Of a stretch of 64,000 nucleotides of DNA, positions 9,318 through 18,534 are shown one piece after another. Every line of letters begins with the position of its first letter. The first letter of the stretch is position 1. The position numbers and the translations under genes were made by a program. The notes under the pieces were generated by a model that did no database searches, had not been told where the DNA came from, and saw only the letters and a list, made by a program, of their open reading frames with translations. The stretch comes from Klebsiella pneumoniae (GTDB taxonomy: Bacteria > Pseudomonadota > Gammaproteobacteria > Burkholderiales > SG8-39). The DNA lies in NCBI GenBank assembly GCA_945906755.1, contig CAMDRJ010000001.1, positions 11,638 to 75,637 of the forward strand, in the 5' to 3' direction.

Positions 9318-9839
9318 TCAGTGGGAAGAAGAGACTGCGCCGGCGGGACCCTCGCCTGCCAACGCGGATTTGCAATTCTTGATCGCGAGCAATACGTAAC
9401 AGATCGACGCGAGGCCGGTCCCCACGACGATTACCAGCTTGGCCGGCCATGACGGCACGCGCAAAGCGCCCTCGCCTTCATATTCATCGGAAGTCCACGC
9501 ATGACCCAGTGGCTCGATGCTGCCCCAGCACACCAATCCGAAGAACAGCACGCCGACGATCGCGCCCGCCATGGCGAGAAAGCTTTGCAGCCGCAGCGGG
9601 AAATGCGCGGTGATGAAATCGACGTTGAGCATCGACCCGGAACGAATCGCATAGGCGGCCTGCAAAAAGCAGATGATGACGATCGAGATCGACACCAATT
9701 CAGGTGTTCCCTTGACCGGACTATTAAACACCCCGCGGCCGATGACATCGGCGACGACCAGAAACGACAAAGAAAATCCCAGCACCGCAGCGGCGACCAG
9801 CAGCGTGCGCGCGATGACGTCGAGCGTTCGTTCGATCAT
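9318..9839 (-). CDS. dctQ: TRAP transporter small permease
   Basis: 173 aa with four hydrophobic segments, positioned between dctP and dctM. Confidence 0.85.
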   Translation of the reverse strand: MIERTLDVIARTLLVAAAVLGFSLSFLVVADVIGRGVFNSPVKGTPELVSISIVIICFLQAAYAIRSGSMLNVDFITAHFPLRLQSFLAMAGAIVGVLFFGLVCWGSIEPLGHAWTSDEYEGEGALRVPSWPAKLVIVVGTGLASICYVLLAIKNCKSALAGEGPAGAVSSSH

Positions 9840-9939
9840 GGTTTAGAAGGTCCTCTTGGGAAAGGAAGCGTGCCGCCGACCGCACCAAAAAAGAAACGGC
9901 GCGATACCACGCGCCGTCCTGCCCTGGTGCCAACGCAAA

Positions 9940-10998
9940 TTACTTGATCGTGTAACGCACCGGCCATTTGTGCCCGAGTTTCTCGGCTTCGTCGAGCCCG
10001 AGTTTCAGCACCTGTGAGGCCGGCAGCCCCTGTTTGTTGAGCTCGTCGGCCCGTTGTTGCGGCCAGGCGGCGAGTGACTTGGCCCATTCAAGCCGCACGC
10101 TGTCCGGCAGTTCTTTCACCTTCGCGCCCGCTTTGCGCAAGGCGTCGAGCTGCACACTGTAGTTTTCTTCGTTGACCGCGCCGGTCTTCGCCTCATATTC
10201 GCGCGCGACTTCGGTGATGATGTCTTGCACGTCTTTTGGCAGCTTGGCGAACCGATTCTTGTTCATCGTGAGACCGTGCCAGGTGATGGCGCCAAACCCA
10301 ATGAGTGTGTAGTGCGGGCCCACCTCATGCAGCTTGAAATTTACATAGGCGGAGGGAAACAGGATCATTCCCGAGTACACACCGGTCTGCATCGAGGTGT
10401 AGACCTCCGGCAGCGAAGTCTGCACCGGCACCGCACCCGCGAATTCGAGCCACTTGAGATTGAGGCCCGCCCCGCCGATTTTCTTACCCTTCAGGTCGGC
10501 GACCGTATTCCAGTCGAAGCTGGTGCCGATGTTGTAGCCGTTGTCGGCGATTAGCGCGAGCAGGCGCTGATTAAACTTGTCTTCGAACACTTTCGACAGG
10601 TACGGGACCTTGTCGTACACCGCCCGCGCCATCTTGACGCTTTGGTTGGCGCTCATCGTGCCAAACGGCAGCACGACCTGGAACGAATGCAGCGGCAGAT
10701 TCGAGGGCTCGAAGCAGAAGCAATAGCCGCCGATGTCGATGACGCCGGCTTGTACGCCTTCCAGCGTGTCGCCGACTTTCACCATGGAGCCGCCATAGCC
10801 CTCGACAAATTCGATCTTGTGCTTGGTTCGCGCCGCGACACGCTTGCTCACTTCGGGGACGAAAAACGTCGACATCAGATTGACGTACTGGTTGGGCGCG
10901 GCGTGTCCCGACGCGATGCGCAATTTGATGTCTTCAGCGTGGACCGGGGCGCTTGAAGCAAGTAACGCAGCGGCCGCGAGGGTTGCGATTGCCTTCAT
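9940..10998 (-). CDS. dctP: TRAP transporter substrate-binding protein
   Basis: 352 aa. Signal peptide MKAIATLAAAALLASSAPVHA. First gene of the P-Q-M operon. Confidence 0.9.
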   Translation of the reverse strand: MKAIATLAAAALLASSAPVHAEDIKLRIASGHAAPNQYVNLMSTFFVPEVSKRVAARTKHKIEFVEGYGGSMVKVGDTLEGVQAGVIDIGGYCFCFEPSNLPLHSFQVVLPFGTMSANQSVKMARAVYDKVPYLSKVFEDKFNQRLLALIADNGYNIGTSFDWNTVADLKGKKIGGAGLNLKWLEFAGAVPVQTSLPEVYTSMQTGVYSGMILFPSAYVNFKLHEVGPHYTLIGFGAITWHGLTMNKNRFAKLPKDVQDIITEVAREYEAKTGAVNEENYSVQLDALRKAGAKVKELPDSVRLEWAKSLAAWPQQRADELNKQGLPASQVLKLGLDEAEKLGHKWPVRYTIK

Positions 10999-11273
10999 GT
11001 CTCCTCCGTAATGGCGTTGATGGTCGTGCTTCGACCTACCGGTGTGATATTCGGGGCATTGCTTCGTCCTGTCAACCGCTTTGCGCTGTCACTCAATAGG
11101 TCGCTAGCATTCGAAATTTGTTGCTTTAATACAACGAGATACGATGGCCCTCATTATTTCTCTCAGAAGATGTCTGAGCCACTGAAATATCAGGCGATGC
11201 CATTCAAAGTGCGTCTTGATATACTCCTTGCGCTTATCCACCTGCTTCGATCGGCCCGGCACGAGCGCGTCCC

Positions 11274-11936
11274 GTGAACTTTCCCGTCACCGCCCCATTG
11301 ATTCGCACCAGCGTCTACGAACGTATTCGCGGCGAGATACTGTCGTGTGCGCTGCGTCCCGGCACGCAGTTGCAAGAGCGCGACCTCGCCGACCGCTATG
11401 AGGTGAGCAAATCGCCGATTCGCGACGCGCTGTTGCGATTGCAGGAACAGAACCTGATCGAGGTGCTGCCGCGCAAAGGCTATCGTGTGCGGCCGGTGTC
11501 GGTCGCGGATGCGCGCGAGATGTACGAGATGCGTTCCATCCTCGAGCGATCCTGCGTGGCGCGCATGATCGAGTCGGCACCCGACCCTCTGCTGCAAGGG
11601 CTCGACGCGTTTCGGCTTGCTCCGGCGGATTCCGAATTGAGTGCGTGGATCAACTACAACCGGCGCTTCCATCTTGCGATCGCGGACGGATCGGGTAACT
11701 CGCGCTTGGCGCGCGCGACGCGCGAGATCATCGAGCAGTTCGATCGGCTCACCTATATGAGTGTGACGGCGAGCGAATCAGGCACGTTGTCTGACTTCGT
11801 CCGCGAGCATGTTGAAATCATCCATGTCATTCAGCAGCGGGACAAGCGACAGGCTGCCGCGCTGATGAAAGATCACGTCGAGAGTTCGCGTAAGCGCCTG
11901 CTCGATGCGATCGAAAGTCTTGCCATCGTTCCATAA
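11274..11936 (+). CDS. GntR-family (FadR/FCD subfamily) transcriptional regulator
   Basis: N-terminal winged HTH (ERDLADRYEVSKSPIRDALLRLQEQNLIEVLPRKGYRV) plus an all-helical C-terminal domain. Divergent from dctPQM across an AT-rich gap. Confidence 0.9.
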   Translation: MNFPVTAPLIRTSVYERIRGEILSCALRPGTQLQERDLADRYEVSKSPIRDALLRLQEQNLIEVLPRKGYRVRPVSVADAREMYEMRSILERSCVARMIESAPDPLLQGLDAFRLAPADSELSAWINYNRRFHLAIADGSGNSRLARATREIIEQFDRLTYMSVTASESGTLSDFVREHVEIIHVIQQRDKRQAAALMKDHVESSRKRLLDAIESLAIVP

Positions 11937-11951
11937 GAGAAGGGTTCCATC

Positions 11952-12929
11952 ATGAAAGCACGCGTCGTACGATTCCATAAGGCAGGCGGCCCCGAAGTCA
12001 TGCAGATCGAAACAATCGATTTGCCGGCGCCAGGCCCAGGCGAAGCGGTCGTTCGCAATACGGCGATCGGTCTCAATTTTCAAGACGTCTATCAGCGATC
12101 GGGGTTTTATCCGATGCCCCTGCCAAGCGGCATCGGTACCGAAGCGGCTGGTGTGGTCGAGCAGTGCGGCCCCGGCGTGACGACTTGCAAAGTCGGCGAC
12201 CGGGTGTGTTATGCCGGTGGGCCGATCGGTGCCTATGCGGATTTGCGCGTGATGCCCTCGGATCGCCTCGTCAAGATCCCGGAAGGCATTTCGAACGAGC
12301 AGGCAGCCGCGGCGCTCTTGAAGGGCATGACGGTCGAATATCTGCTCAACCGCACCTATGCACTCAAAGCCAGACAATTCGCCATGATGTACGCGGCGGC
12401 CGGCGGCGTTGGGCTACTGGCCGGGCAGTGGGGCAAGGCGATCGGCGCCAAGATGATCGGCGTGGCGAGCGGGCCGGAGAAAGTAAAGCTGGGGCTGGCC
12501 AACGGCTACACCTACATGATCGATCGCGCGAAAGAAAAGATCGTCGATCGCGTCAAGGAAATTACCGGCGGGGCGATGCTGCCGGTGGTGTATGACTCGG
12601 TCGGCAAGGCCACGTTCGATGACACGCTGAATTCGCTCGCACCGCGCGGCTTTTTCGTCTCGTTCGGTGCGGCAAGCGGCGCGCCGCCCGCGGTGGAAGC
12701 GGGTCTGCTGCAGAAACTCGGCTCGCTCTATTTCACGCGCCCGACGCTGGTCACCTATTGCGCCAAGCGGCCCGATCTCGAAGCCTCATCGACCGCGCTT
12801 TTCGAAATGATCAAAAAAGGCGCGATCAAGGTCCATATTAGCGAGCGCTACCGGATGAATGATGTCATGAGCGCTCACAACGATCTGCAATCCGGCCGCA
12901 CCGTCGGCTCGTCCATCATCATCCCGTAA
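11952..12929 (+). CDS. qor: NADPH:quinone oxidoreductase (zeta-crystallin type)
   Basis: 325 aa. AIGLNFQDVYQRSGFYP and the AAGGVG nucleotide-binding motif. Confidence 0.88.
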   Translation: MKARVVRFHKAGGPEVMQIETIDLPAPGPGEAVVRNTAIGLNFQDVYQRSGFYPMPLPSGIGTEAAGVVEQCGPGVTTCKVGDRVCYAGGPIGAYADLRVMPSDRLVKIPEGISNEQAAAALLKGMTVEYLLNRTYALKARQFAMMYAAAGGVGLLAGQWGKAIGAKMIGVASGPEKVKLGLANGYTYMIDRAKEKIVDRVKEITGGAMLPVVYDSVGKATFDDTLNSLAPRGFFVSFGAASGAPPAVEAGLLQKLGSLYFTRPTLVTYCAKRPDLEASSTALFEMIKKGAIKVHISERYRMNDVMSAHNDLQSGRTVGSSIIIP

Positions 12930-12939
12930 GGAGTCGGCC

Positions 12940-13407
12940 ATGCCCCTATCCCATATCGAACACATGCTGGTGCTGGTCGATGATCTCGACAAAACGCGCG
13001 ATTGGTATCGCGATGTGCTGGGCATGGAAGAAGGCCCGCATCCCGACTTCGGCTTCCCGGTCTATTGGATGTATATGGGCGGAGTCGATGTGGTGCATAT
13101 CGGCCAAAGCGCTCGTACCGCCTCCGACAGCCAGCGCCAGTACCTGGGTCGACTCGCGCAGGCGTCCGATACCGGGACTGGGGCGCTCGATCATGTCGCG
13201 TTCCGGGCCACTGGCCTGGTGAAAATGATCGACCATCTCCAAGCCAAGAACATCAAATTCACCCAGCGCCGCGCCAATGGGCAGGCGCTCTATCAACTTT
13301 TCCTGTTCGATCCGAATGGCCTCAAGATCGAGCTAAACTTCAGCGCTGAAGAGGCGGTGGGGATCGTGCCCGAGTTGATGGCCTCAGATCTGATGAAAAC
13401 CACCTAA
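12940..13407 (+). CDS. VOC (glyoxalase/bleomycin resistance/dioxygenase) family protein
   Basis: 155 aa. IEHMLVLVDD ... LDHVAFR ... KIELNF is the metal-ligand pattern of a VOC fold. Confidence 0.8.
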   Translation: MPLSHIEHMLVLVDDLDKTRDWYRDVLGMEEGPHPDFGFPVYWMYMGGVDVVHIGQSARTASDSQRQYLGRLAQASDTGTGALDHVAFRATGLVKMIDHLQAKNIKFTQRRANGQALYQLFLFDPNGLKIELNFSAEEAVGIVPELMASDLMKTT

Positions 13408-13435
13408 GCGCTTATTGGGAACCTAAGGAAGCCGC

Positions 13436-14149
13436 ATGAAAACCGTAATTGATGCTCTACCTGTGCCGTTCATCGCTGTCGAAGGAACGGACGCGGTATT
13501 TCCGGTTCGCCGCATCTGGTGTGTGGGCCGCAACTATGCCGATCACGCGCGCGAGATGGGTCATGATCCGAATCGTGAGCCGCCGTTTTTCTTCCAGAAG
13601 CCAAGCGATGCGGTGATCGCATCGGGCGCGACGATTCCTTATCCGGTGATGACTAAGGATCTCCACCATGAGATCGAATTGGTGGTCTGCATCGGCAAGG
13701 GCGGCAAGAATATTGCGGTGGACAAGGCGTTTCAGCATGTGTACGGCTATGCCGTGGGGCTCGATATGACGCGCCGTGACCTGCAATCGGATGCGAAGAA
13801 GTTGCAGCGTCCATGGGAAATGGGCAAGAGCTTCGACCAAAGCTGCCCGGTCTCAAAGGTTGTGCCGGCCGCGAAGATCGGCCATCCGAACGCGGGCGCG
13901 ATCTGGGTCAAGGTCAATGGCGAGATCAAGCAAAAGGGCGATCTCAACCAGCAGATCTGGCGCGTCGAGGAAACGATCGCGTATCTGTCGACCTATGTGG
14001 AAATCTTTCCTGGCGATATCATCATGAACGGCACGCCTGCCGGTGTGAGCTCGGTGAAGGCCGGCGACCGGCTGGAAGGCCATGTCGATGGCGTCGGCGA
14101 TCTCGCGATCACCTACGCTGTGGAAGGTCAGATGCGCAAGGCGGCATAG
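13436..14149 (+). CDS. Fumarylacetoacetate hydrolase (FAH) family protein
   Basis: 237 aa. RIWCVGRNYADHAREMG, HHEIELVVCIG and GDIIMNGTPAGV are typical FAH-family blocks. Confidence 0.9.
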   Translation: MKTVIDALPVPFIAVEGTDAVFPVRRIWCVGRNYADHAREMGHDPNREPPFFFQKPSDAVIASGATIPYPVMTKDLHHEIELVVCIGKGGKNIAVDKAFQHVYGYAVGLDMTRRDLQSDAKKLQRPWEMGKSFDQSCPVSKVVPAAKIGHPNAGAIWVKVNGEIKQKGDLNQQIWRVEETIAYLSTYVEIFPGDIIMNGTPAGVSSVKAGDRLEGHVDGVGDLAITYAVEGQMRKAA

Positions 14150-14179
14150 TTTTTCACCCCTCACGAACCGGAGGAATCC

Positions 14180-15043
14180 ATGAACGCACCAGAACGACAG
14201 TTTGTCCGTGCCGATGAAGACGTCGGCAATATTGTGGCGCTTGAGCATGTCAATCTGACTCAGCTCGATCAGCGCATTACGACGATCTTCTACGTCCAGG
14301 GTCTTGGGCTCACGCGCGACCCCTATCTGCATGTGTGGGATACCAACATGTGGATCAATATCGGCAAGCAGCAGGTCCATTCGCCATCCCGCCCGGTGAC
14401 GGTCCTGCGCGGCACGATCGGGATCGTGGTGCCCGAGCTCGATGTGGTGCGTGAAGGCCTGAAGGAAGTCACGCCCAAGCTCGAAGGCACCAAATTCAGC
14501 TGGAAAGACAACGGCACGACGATTGAAACGATGTGCCCCTGGGGCAATAAGTTTCGCGTCCATGGCCCCGAGGCGCGCTTTGGCGACATGCGGCTTGGCA
14601 TGCCCTATATCGATATTCCCGTTCCGCGTGGCACGAGCGAAGGGATCGCACGCTTCTACGAGCAGATCATGCTGGTGCCGTCACGCCGCGAGTTAGGCAA
14701 GAATCCGGCCGCGCATATCGGCATGGGCGTCGGTCAGGTCGTGATCTATCGCGAAACCGATGATCCGATTCCGCCGTTCGATGGTCACCATATCGCGATT
14801 TACGTCGCCAACTTCTCCACGCCGCATAGCGAGTTGAAGCGGCTGGGTCTGGTGTTCGAGGAAAGCGACCAGTGGCAATACCGGTTCCAGGACATCGTCG
14901 ATCCGCAGACCAAGAAAGTGTTGTTCACGCTTGAACATGAGGTGCGCAGCCTCACGCATCCGATGTACGCGCGCCCGTTGATCAACCGTAACTCGGTGCA
15001 GCGGCAGATGTCGTATGTGCGAGGACAAGACGCCTACTATTAG
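14180..15043 (+). CDS. Hypothetical two-module protein, possibly a VOC-like metalloenzyme
   Basis: 287 aa. LEHVNL, GHHIAIYV and LEHEVRS resemble a His/His/Glu ligand triad. I recognise no named family. Confidence 0.65.
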   Translation: MNAPERQFVRADEDVGNIVALEHVNLTQLDQRITTIFYVQGLGLTRDPYLHVWDTNMWINIGKQQVHSPSRPVTVLRGTIGIVVPELDVVREGLKEVTPKLEGTKFSWKDNGTTIETMCPWGNKFRVHGPEARFGDMRLGMPYIDIPVPRGTSEGIARFYEQIMLVPSRRELGKNPAAHIGMGVGQVVIYRETDDPIPPFDGHHIAIYVANFSTPHSELKRLGLVFEESDQWQYRFQDIVDPQTKKVLFTLEHEVRSLTHPMYARPLINRNSVQRQMSYVRGQDAYY

Positions 15044-15055
15044 ATTGGACGCGCG

Positions 15056-15508
15056 ATGTACACCGCCGCAAGCAAACGCCTCACCTCGACTGGGGCGCGC
15101 AAGATGATGTCCACGGCGATCGGGATTGCCGAACAGGCCGGCATTCCGATTACCGTTGCTATCGCCGATGCGGGCGGCCATCTCGTGTTGCTCGAACGCA
15201 TGGAAGGCGGGCGCTTTCACACCGTCCATTCATCGACCACCAAGGCCGTTTGCGCGGCGTCCAACAAGCGGCCGACCGCCGCCAAGGGTGCGCAGGCGCA
15301 AACGCTTGATACCACGCATGCAATCGGTCTTGCCTTGGCCGCGGGGCCAGAACGCTGGACTGCGATGGAAGGCGGCTTCCCGATCATCTTCGATGGCGAA
15401 TGCGTAGGCGGCATCGGCGTGAGTGGCGGCGACTGGACCTTCGATGAGCGCGTCGCCAAAGAGGCGCTGGAGTCGATTGGGGCGAGTTTCAAGATCGATA
15501 ACAAGTAG
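15056..15508 (+). CDS. GlcG/HbpS-like heme-binding protein (DUF336)
   Basis: 150 aa. VAIADAGGHLVLLERMEG and GGFPIIFDGECVGGIGVSGG. Confidence 0.85.
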   Translation: MYTAASKRLTSTGARKMMSTAIGIAEQAGIPITVAIADAGGHLVLLERMEGGRFHTVHSSTTKAVCAASNKRPTAAKGAQAQTLDTTHAIGLALAAGPERWTAMEGGFPIIFDGECVGGIGVSGGDWTFDERVAKEALESIGASFKIDNK

Positions 15509-15528
15509 CGGGTCTTGGTACCCAGAGA

Positions 15529-16548
15529 ATGCCAATGAGCTTCCAGCCAGTACGTGTTGCCTGCATCGGCATGGGTTGGTGGTCAGATGTCTTGGCCGAT
15601 GCAATCAAGCGCTCAACCAAGCTTGAAATTGCCGCCTGCTTTACCCGCTCGGCAGACAAGCGCGCCAAGTTTGCCGCCAAATACGCATGCAACGCCGCGC
15701 CGAGTTATGAAGCGATTCTTGCTGACCCATCGATCGATGCGGTCATCAATACCACGCCCAATAACGTCCATTTGGAGACCACCCGCCAGGCAGCGCGGGC
15801 GGGCAAACACGTTTTTCTCGACAAGCCGATCGCGAACTCGATCGCCGATGGCTTTGCGATCGCCAAGGCCTGTCGCGATGCGGGCGTCGTGCTCGGCATG
15901 GGCTATCAGCGCCGCCGCGAGGCGCAGTTCCGCTGGATTCGCGAGCAGATCGATGCCGGCGTCTTCGGCAAGCTGGTGAACGCCGAAGCAAACATCAGTC
16001 GCGACCGGCTGGGACAATTCGATCTGTCGTCCTGGCGCTATACGGCGGCCGGCATGCCAGGTGGAGTGATGCTGCAAATCGGTATCCACTATATCGATGT
16101 GCTTGAATACTTGATCGGTCCGATCAAATCGGTCAGCGGCTCCCTTGCGCAACTCGTGTTGCCGGGCGACAACCCGGATGTGGCGAGTCTTATCCTGGAG
16201 CATGAAAACGGCGCGCTCTCGACCGTCAATGCGAGCTACGCCTCAGCGGCCGAGTATTACCTCATGAACATTTACGGCAAGGAAGCGAGCGCCTATTACG
16301 ACTTGCATAACGGCTTGCGCTTTCAGAATCGTGGCACGACCAAGGCGGAAGCTATCGCCGTAGCGAAGATCGATACCTTCGTCGATGAACTCGAAGAATT
16401 TGCGATGGCCATCCGCGGTGAAGGCGCACCCGAGGTCGGTGGTGAGCGCGCGACCTTGTCGCTGGCGGTGATTCGTGCGGGCATTGTTTCGGCAAGCGAA
16501 GGACGCCGGGTCGCGGTGGCCGAGATTCTTGCCAAGGAAGCAAAATGA
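15529..16548 (+). CDS. Gfo/Idh/MocA family oxidoreductase
   Basis: 339 aa. N-terminal Rossmann VACIGMGWWS ... GKHVFLDKP. Confidence 0.85.
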   Translation: MPMSFQPVRVACIGMGWWSDVLADAIKRSTKLEIAACFTRSADKRAKFAAKYACNAAPSYEAILADPSIDAVINTTPNNVHLETTRQAARAGKHVFLDKPIANSIADGFAIAKACRDAGVVLGMGYQRRREAQFRWIREQIDAGVFGKLVNAEANISRDRLGQFDLSSWRYTAAGMPGGVMLQIGIHYIDVLEYLIGPIKSVSGSLAQLVLPGDNPDVASLILEHENGALSTVNASYASAAEYYLMNIYGKEASAYYDLHNGLRFQNRGTTKAEAIAVAKIDTFVDELEEFAMAIRGEGAPEVGGERATLSLAVIRAGIVSASEGRRVAVAEILAKEAK

Positions 16549-17504
16549 ATCTCGTTCGCGGCATCGCAGCAGCGTTTATCGCATTGGCGTGCGGCACCGT
16601 GGTGGCGCAAGACGCCCCCTATCCGCAAGAAGGCAAGCATGTCGAGATCACGGTGCTCTTTCCGGCTGGGACTTCGGCTGACGTTACCGCGCGCTTGCTC
16701 GCCGATGGCATGGCGAAGAATCTGGCGGCGTATATCGTGGTGGTCAATCGTCCGGGTGCCGGGGGTGCGATTGGTTATCGCCATGTGGCCGCGCAAAAGC
16801 CAGATGGTTATGCGATGGTCTGGAATTCCAATTCGATCTCGACCGCGTTTCATTCCGGGCAGATGAACATCGATTACCGGGCCTTCGATGCGGTCGCCCG
16901 GGTCTTAGTTGAATCGCCCATTGTTGTGATCAAAGGCGACGCGAAATGGCAGACACTACGCGACCTCATTGCCGACGCAAGATCCCGCCCAGGAGTCCTT
17001 ACTGTCGGCAATTCAGGCGTCGGCAGCCATACGCATATCTTGTCGGTGGCGCTCTTCAACACGGCGGGTACGAAAGTGATCGACGTGCCGTACGCCGCGG
17101 CGCAAGTCGTGCCAAGTCTGCTCGGCGGGCATGTCGATGCGCTCGTTCAATTGCCCGGGGCGCTGGCAAGCCATATGAAGTCGGGGGCTGTTCGTGTGCT
17201 CGCCGCACTGACTGCCACTCGCGATCCGGCCCTGCCTGATGTGCCGACCGCCAAGGAGCAAGGCGTCGATGTCTCGCTCGAGGCATGGCGCGGCATCGCG
17301 CTGCCAAAGGGCGCGCCAAAGAATGTCGTGGTGGCGCTTGAACAAGCGATCCGCAGAACCATCGAGGCGCCTGAGTTTGGTAAAGCCGCCGAACGATTGG
17401 GCATCCGGCCGGCATTTGCCACGGCGGGCGAATTCGGTGCGATCATCGCTAAAGAAGACGTTGAACTTGAGCAGTTGATGCGAGTGATCGGACTCAAGAA
17501 ATAG
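16545..17504 (+). CDS. Bug/TctC-family (tripartite tricarboxylate transporter) substrate-binding protein
   Basis: 319 aa. Signal peptide, RPGAGG motif, and the C-terminal LPDVPT...G pattern. The start overlaps the upstream stop by 4 nt. Confidence 0.9.
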   Translation: MNLVRGIAAAFIALACGTVVAQDAPYPQEGKHVEITVLFPAGTSADVTARLLADGMAKNLAAYIVVVNRPGAGGAIGYRHVAAQKPDGYAMVWNSNSISTAFHSGQMNIDYRAFDAVARVLVESPIVVIKGDAKWQTLRDLIADARSRPGVLTVGNSGVGSHTHILSVALFNTAGTKVIDVPYAAAQVVPSLLGGHVDALVQLPGALASHMKSGAVRVLAALTATRDPALPDVPTAKEQGVDVSLEAWRGIALPKGAPKNVVVALEQAIRRTIEAPEFGKAAERLGIRPAFATAGEFGAIIAKEDVELEQLMRVIGLKK

Positions 17505-17543
17505 CGCATCCGATTTGCCCGGGCGCGCGAACGAGGAGGCTCC

Positions 17544-18518
17544 ATGAAATCAAGGAAGACCATGCGATTCGCACTGGGCGCAGTGCTCGCCATCGCTACG
17601 CATATTGCGTTCGCGCAGGCTTATCCCACCAAGCCGATTCGCCTGATGGTGCCCTTCCCACCGGGTGGGTCGACTGACATCGTCGCGCGGATCGTTGCGC
17701 AGCAGGTCTCGGAACGTCTCGGACAGCAAATGGTCATCGAGAATCGAGGCGGCGCCGGTGGCACGATCGGCACCGCATTGGTTGCCAAGGCGCCGGCCGA
17801 TGGCTACACATTGGTGCTGGGCACGACGAGTACGCATGTCGTTGCACCCGCCGTCTATCCGAAACTCGATTACGACCCGATCAAGGACTTCGCGCCGGTC
17901 TCGCTGCTTGCGGTCACGCCCTATCTGCTGGTCGTGCATCCGAACGTCAAGGCCAACACGCTCAAGGAGTTCGTTGAGGTGGTGCGCGGGCAACCGGGCA
18001 AGCTCAATTACGCATCGGCTGGTACCGGGTCGACCACGCATATCGCGATGGAAATGTTAAAGCTCGCCTCGACCACCGACATGCTGCACATTCCCTTCAG
18101 TGGCAACGGCCCGGCTGGCACCGCAGTGATCGCCGGTCAAGTCGAAGCCTTGTTTGGCAGCCTGCCCGCGGTGTTGCCGCATGCGAGATCGGGCAAGGTG
18201 CGGGCGCTTGCAGTCGGTACGCTCACCCGTTCGCCCGCATTACCCGATGTGCCAACGGTTGCCGAGTCGGGTTACCCAGGGTTTGATGCATCGCTGTGGC
18301 TCGCGATCATGGCGCCCGCCAATGTACCGGCGGCGATTATCGAGCGCTTGAACAAGGAAATCGTTGCGGTCATCAAAGCGCCGGAAAGCGCCGCCGCACT
18401 CGCCAAGGCGGGCGCGGAACCCCTGTCGAGCACACCAGCGGAACTGGCAGCAATGATTCGCGATGGCATTCCAAAGTACGTCAAGGTGGTCCAGACTGCC
18501 GGGATCAAGCCGGAGTAA
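17544..18518 (+). CDS. Bug/TctC-family substrate-binding protein
   Basis: 324 aa. AQAYPTKPIRLMVPFPPGGSTD, NRGGAGG and LPDVPTVAESGYPGF. Confidence 0.9.
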   Translation: MKSRKTMRFALGAVLAIATHIAFAQAYPTKPIRLMVPFPPGGSTDIVARIVAQQVSERLGQQMVIENRGGAGGTIGTALVAKAPADGYTLVLGTTSTHVVAPAVYPKLDYDPIKDFAPVSLLAVTPYLLVVHPNVKANTLKEFVEVVRGQPGKLNYASAGTGSTTHIAMEMLKLASTTDMLHIPFSGNGPAGTAVIAGQVEALFGSLPAVLPHARSGKVRALAVGTLTRSPALPDVPTVAESGYPGFDASLWLAIMAPANVPAAIIERLNKEIVAVIKAPESAAALAKAGAEPLSSTPAELAAMIRDGIPKYVKVVQTAGIKPE

Positions 18519-18534
18519 TCCGATGAGGGGGCCT

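Noticed and set aside
11011-11277. 88-codon ORF in the dctP/GntR intergenic region
   Set aside because: It lies in the AT-rich divergent promoter region, has no SD and an atypical composition, and ends inside the GntR start. It is most likely non-coding.
13853-14563. Long antisense ORFs in the six-frame track, for example 13853..14563, 23617..24432, 30760..31497, 32499..33326, 44231..45148, 50470..51330 and 62303..62866
   Set aside because: Each lies entirely opposite a gene with clear family motifs. The translations are Arg/His/Asp-rich with no recognisable motifs. These are typical shadow ORFs of high-GC DNA.
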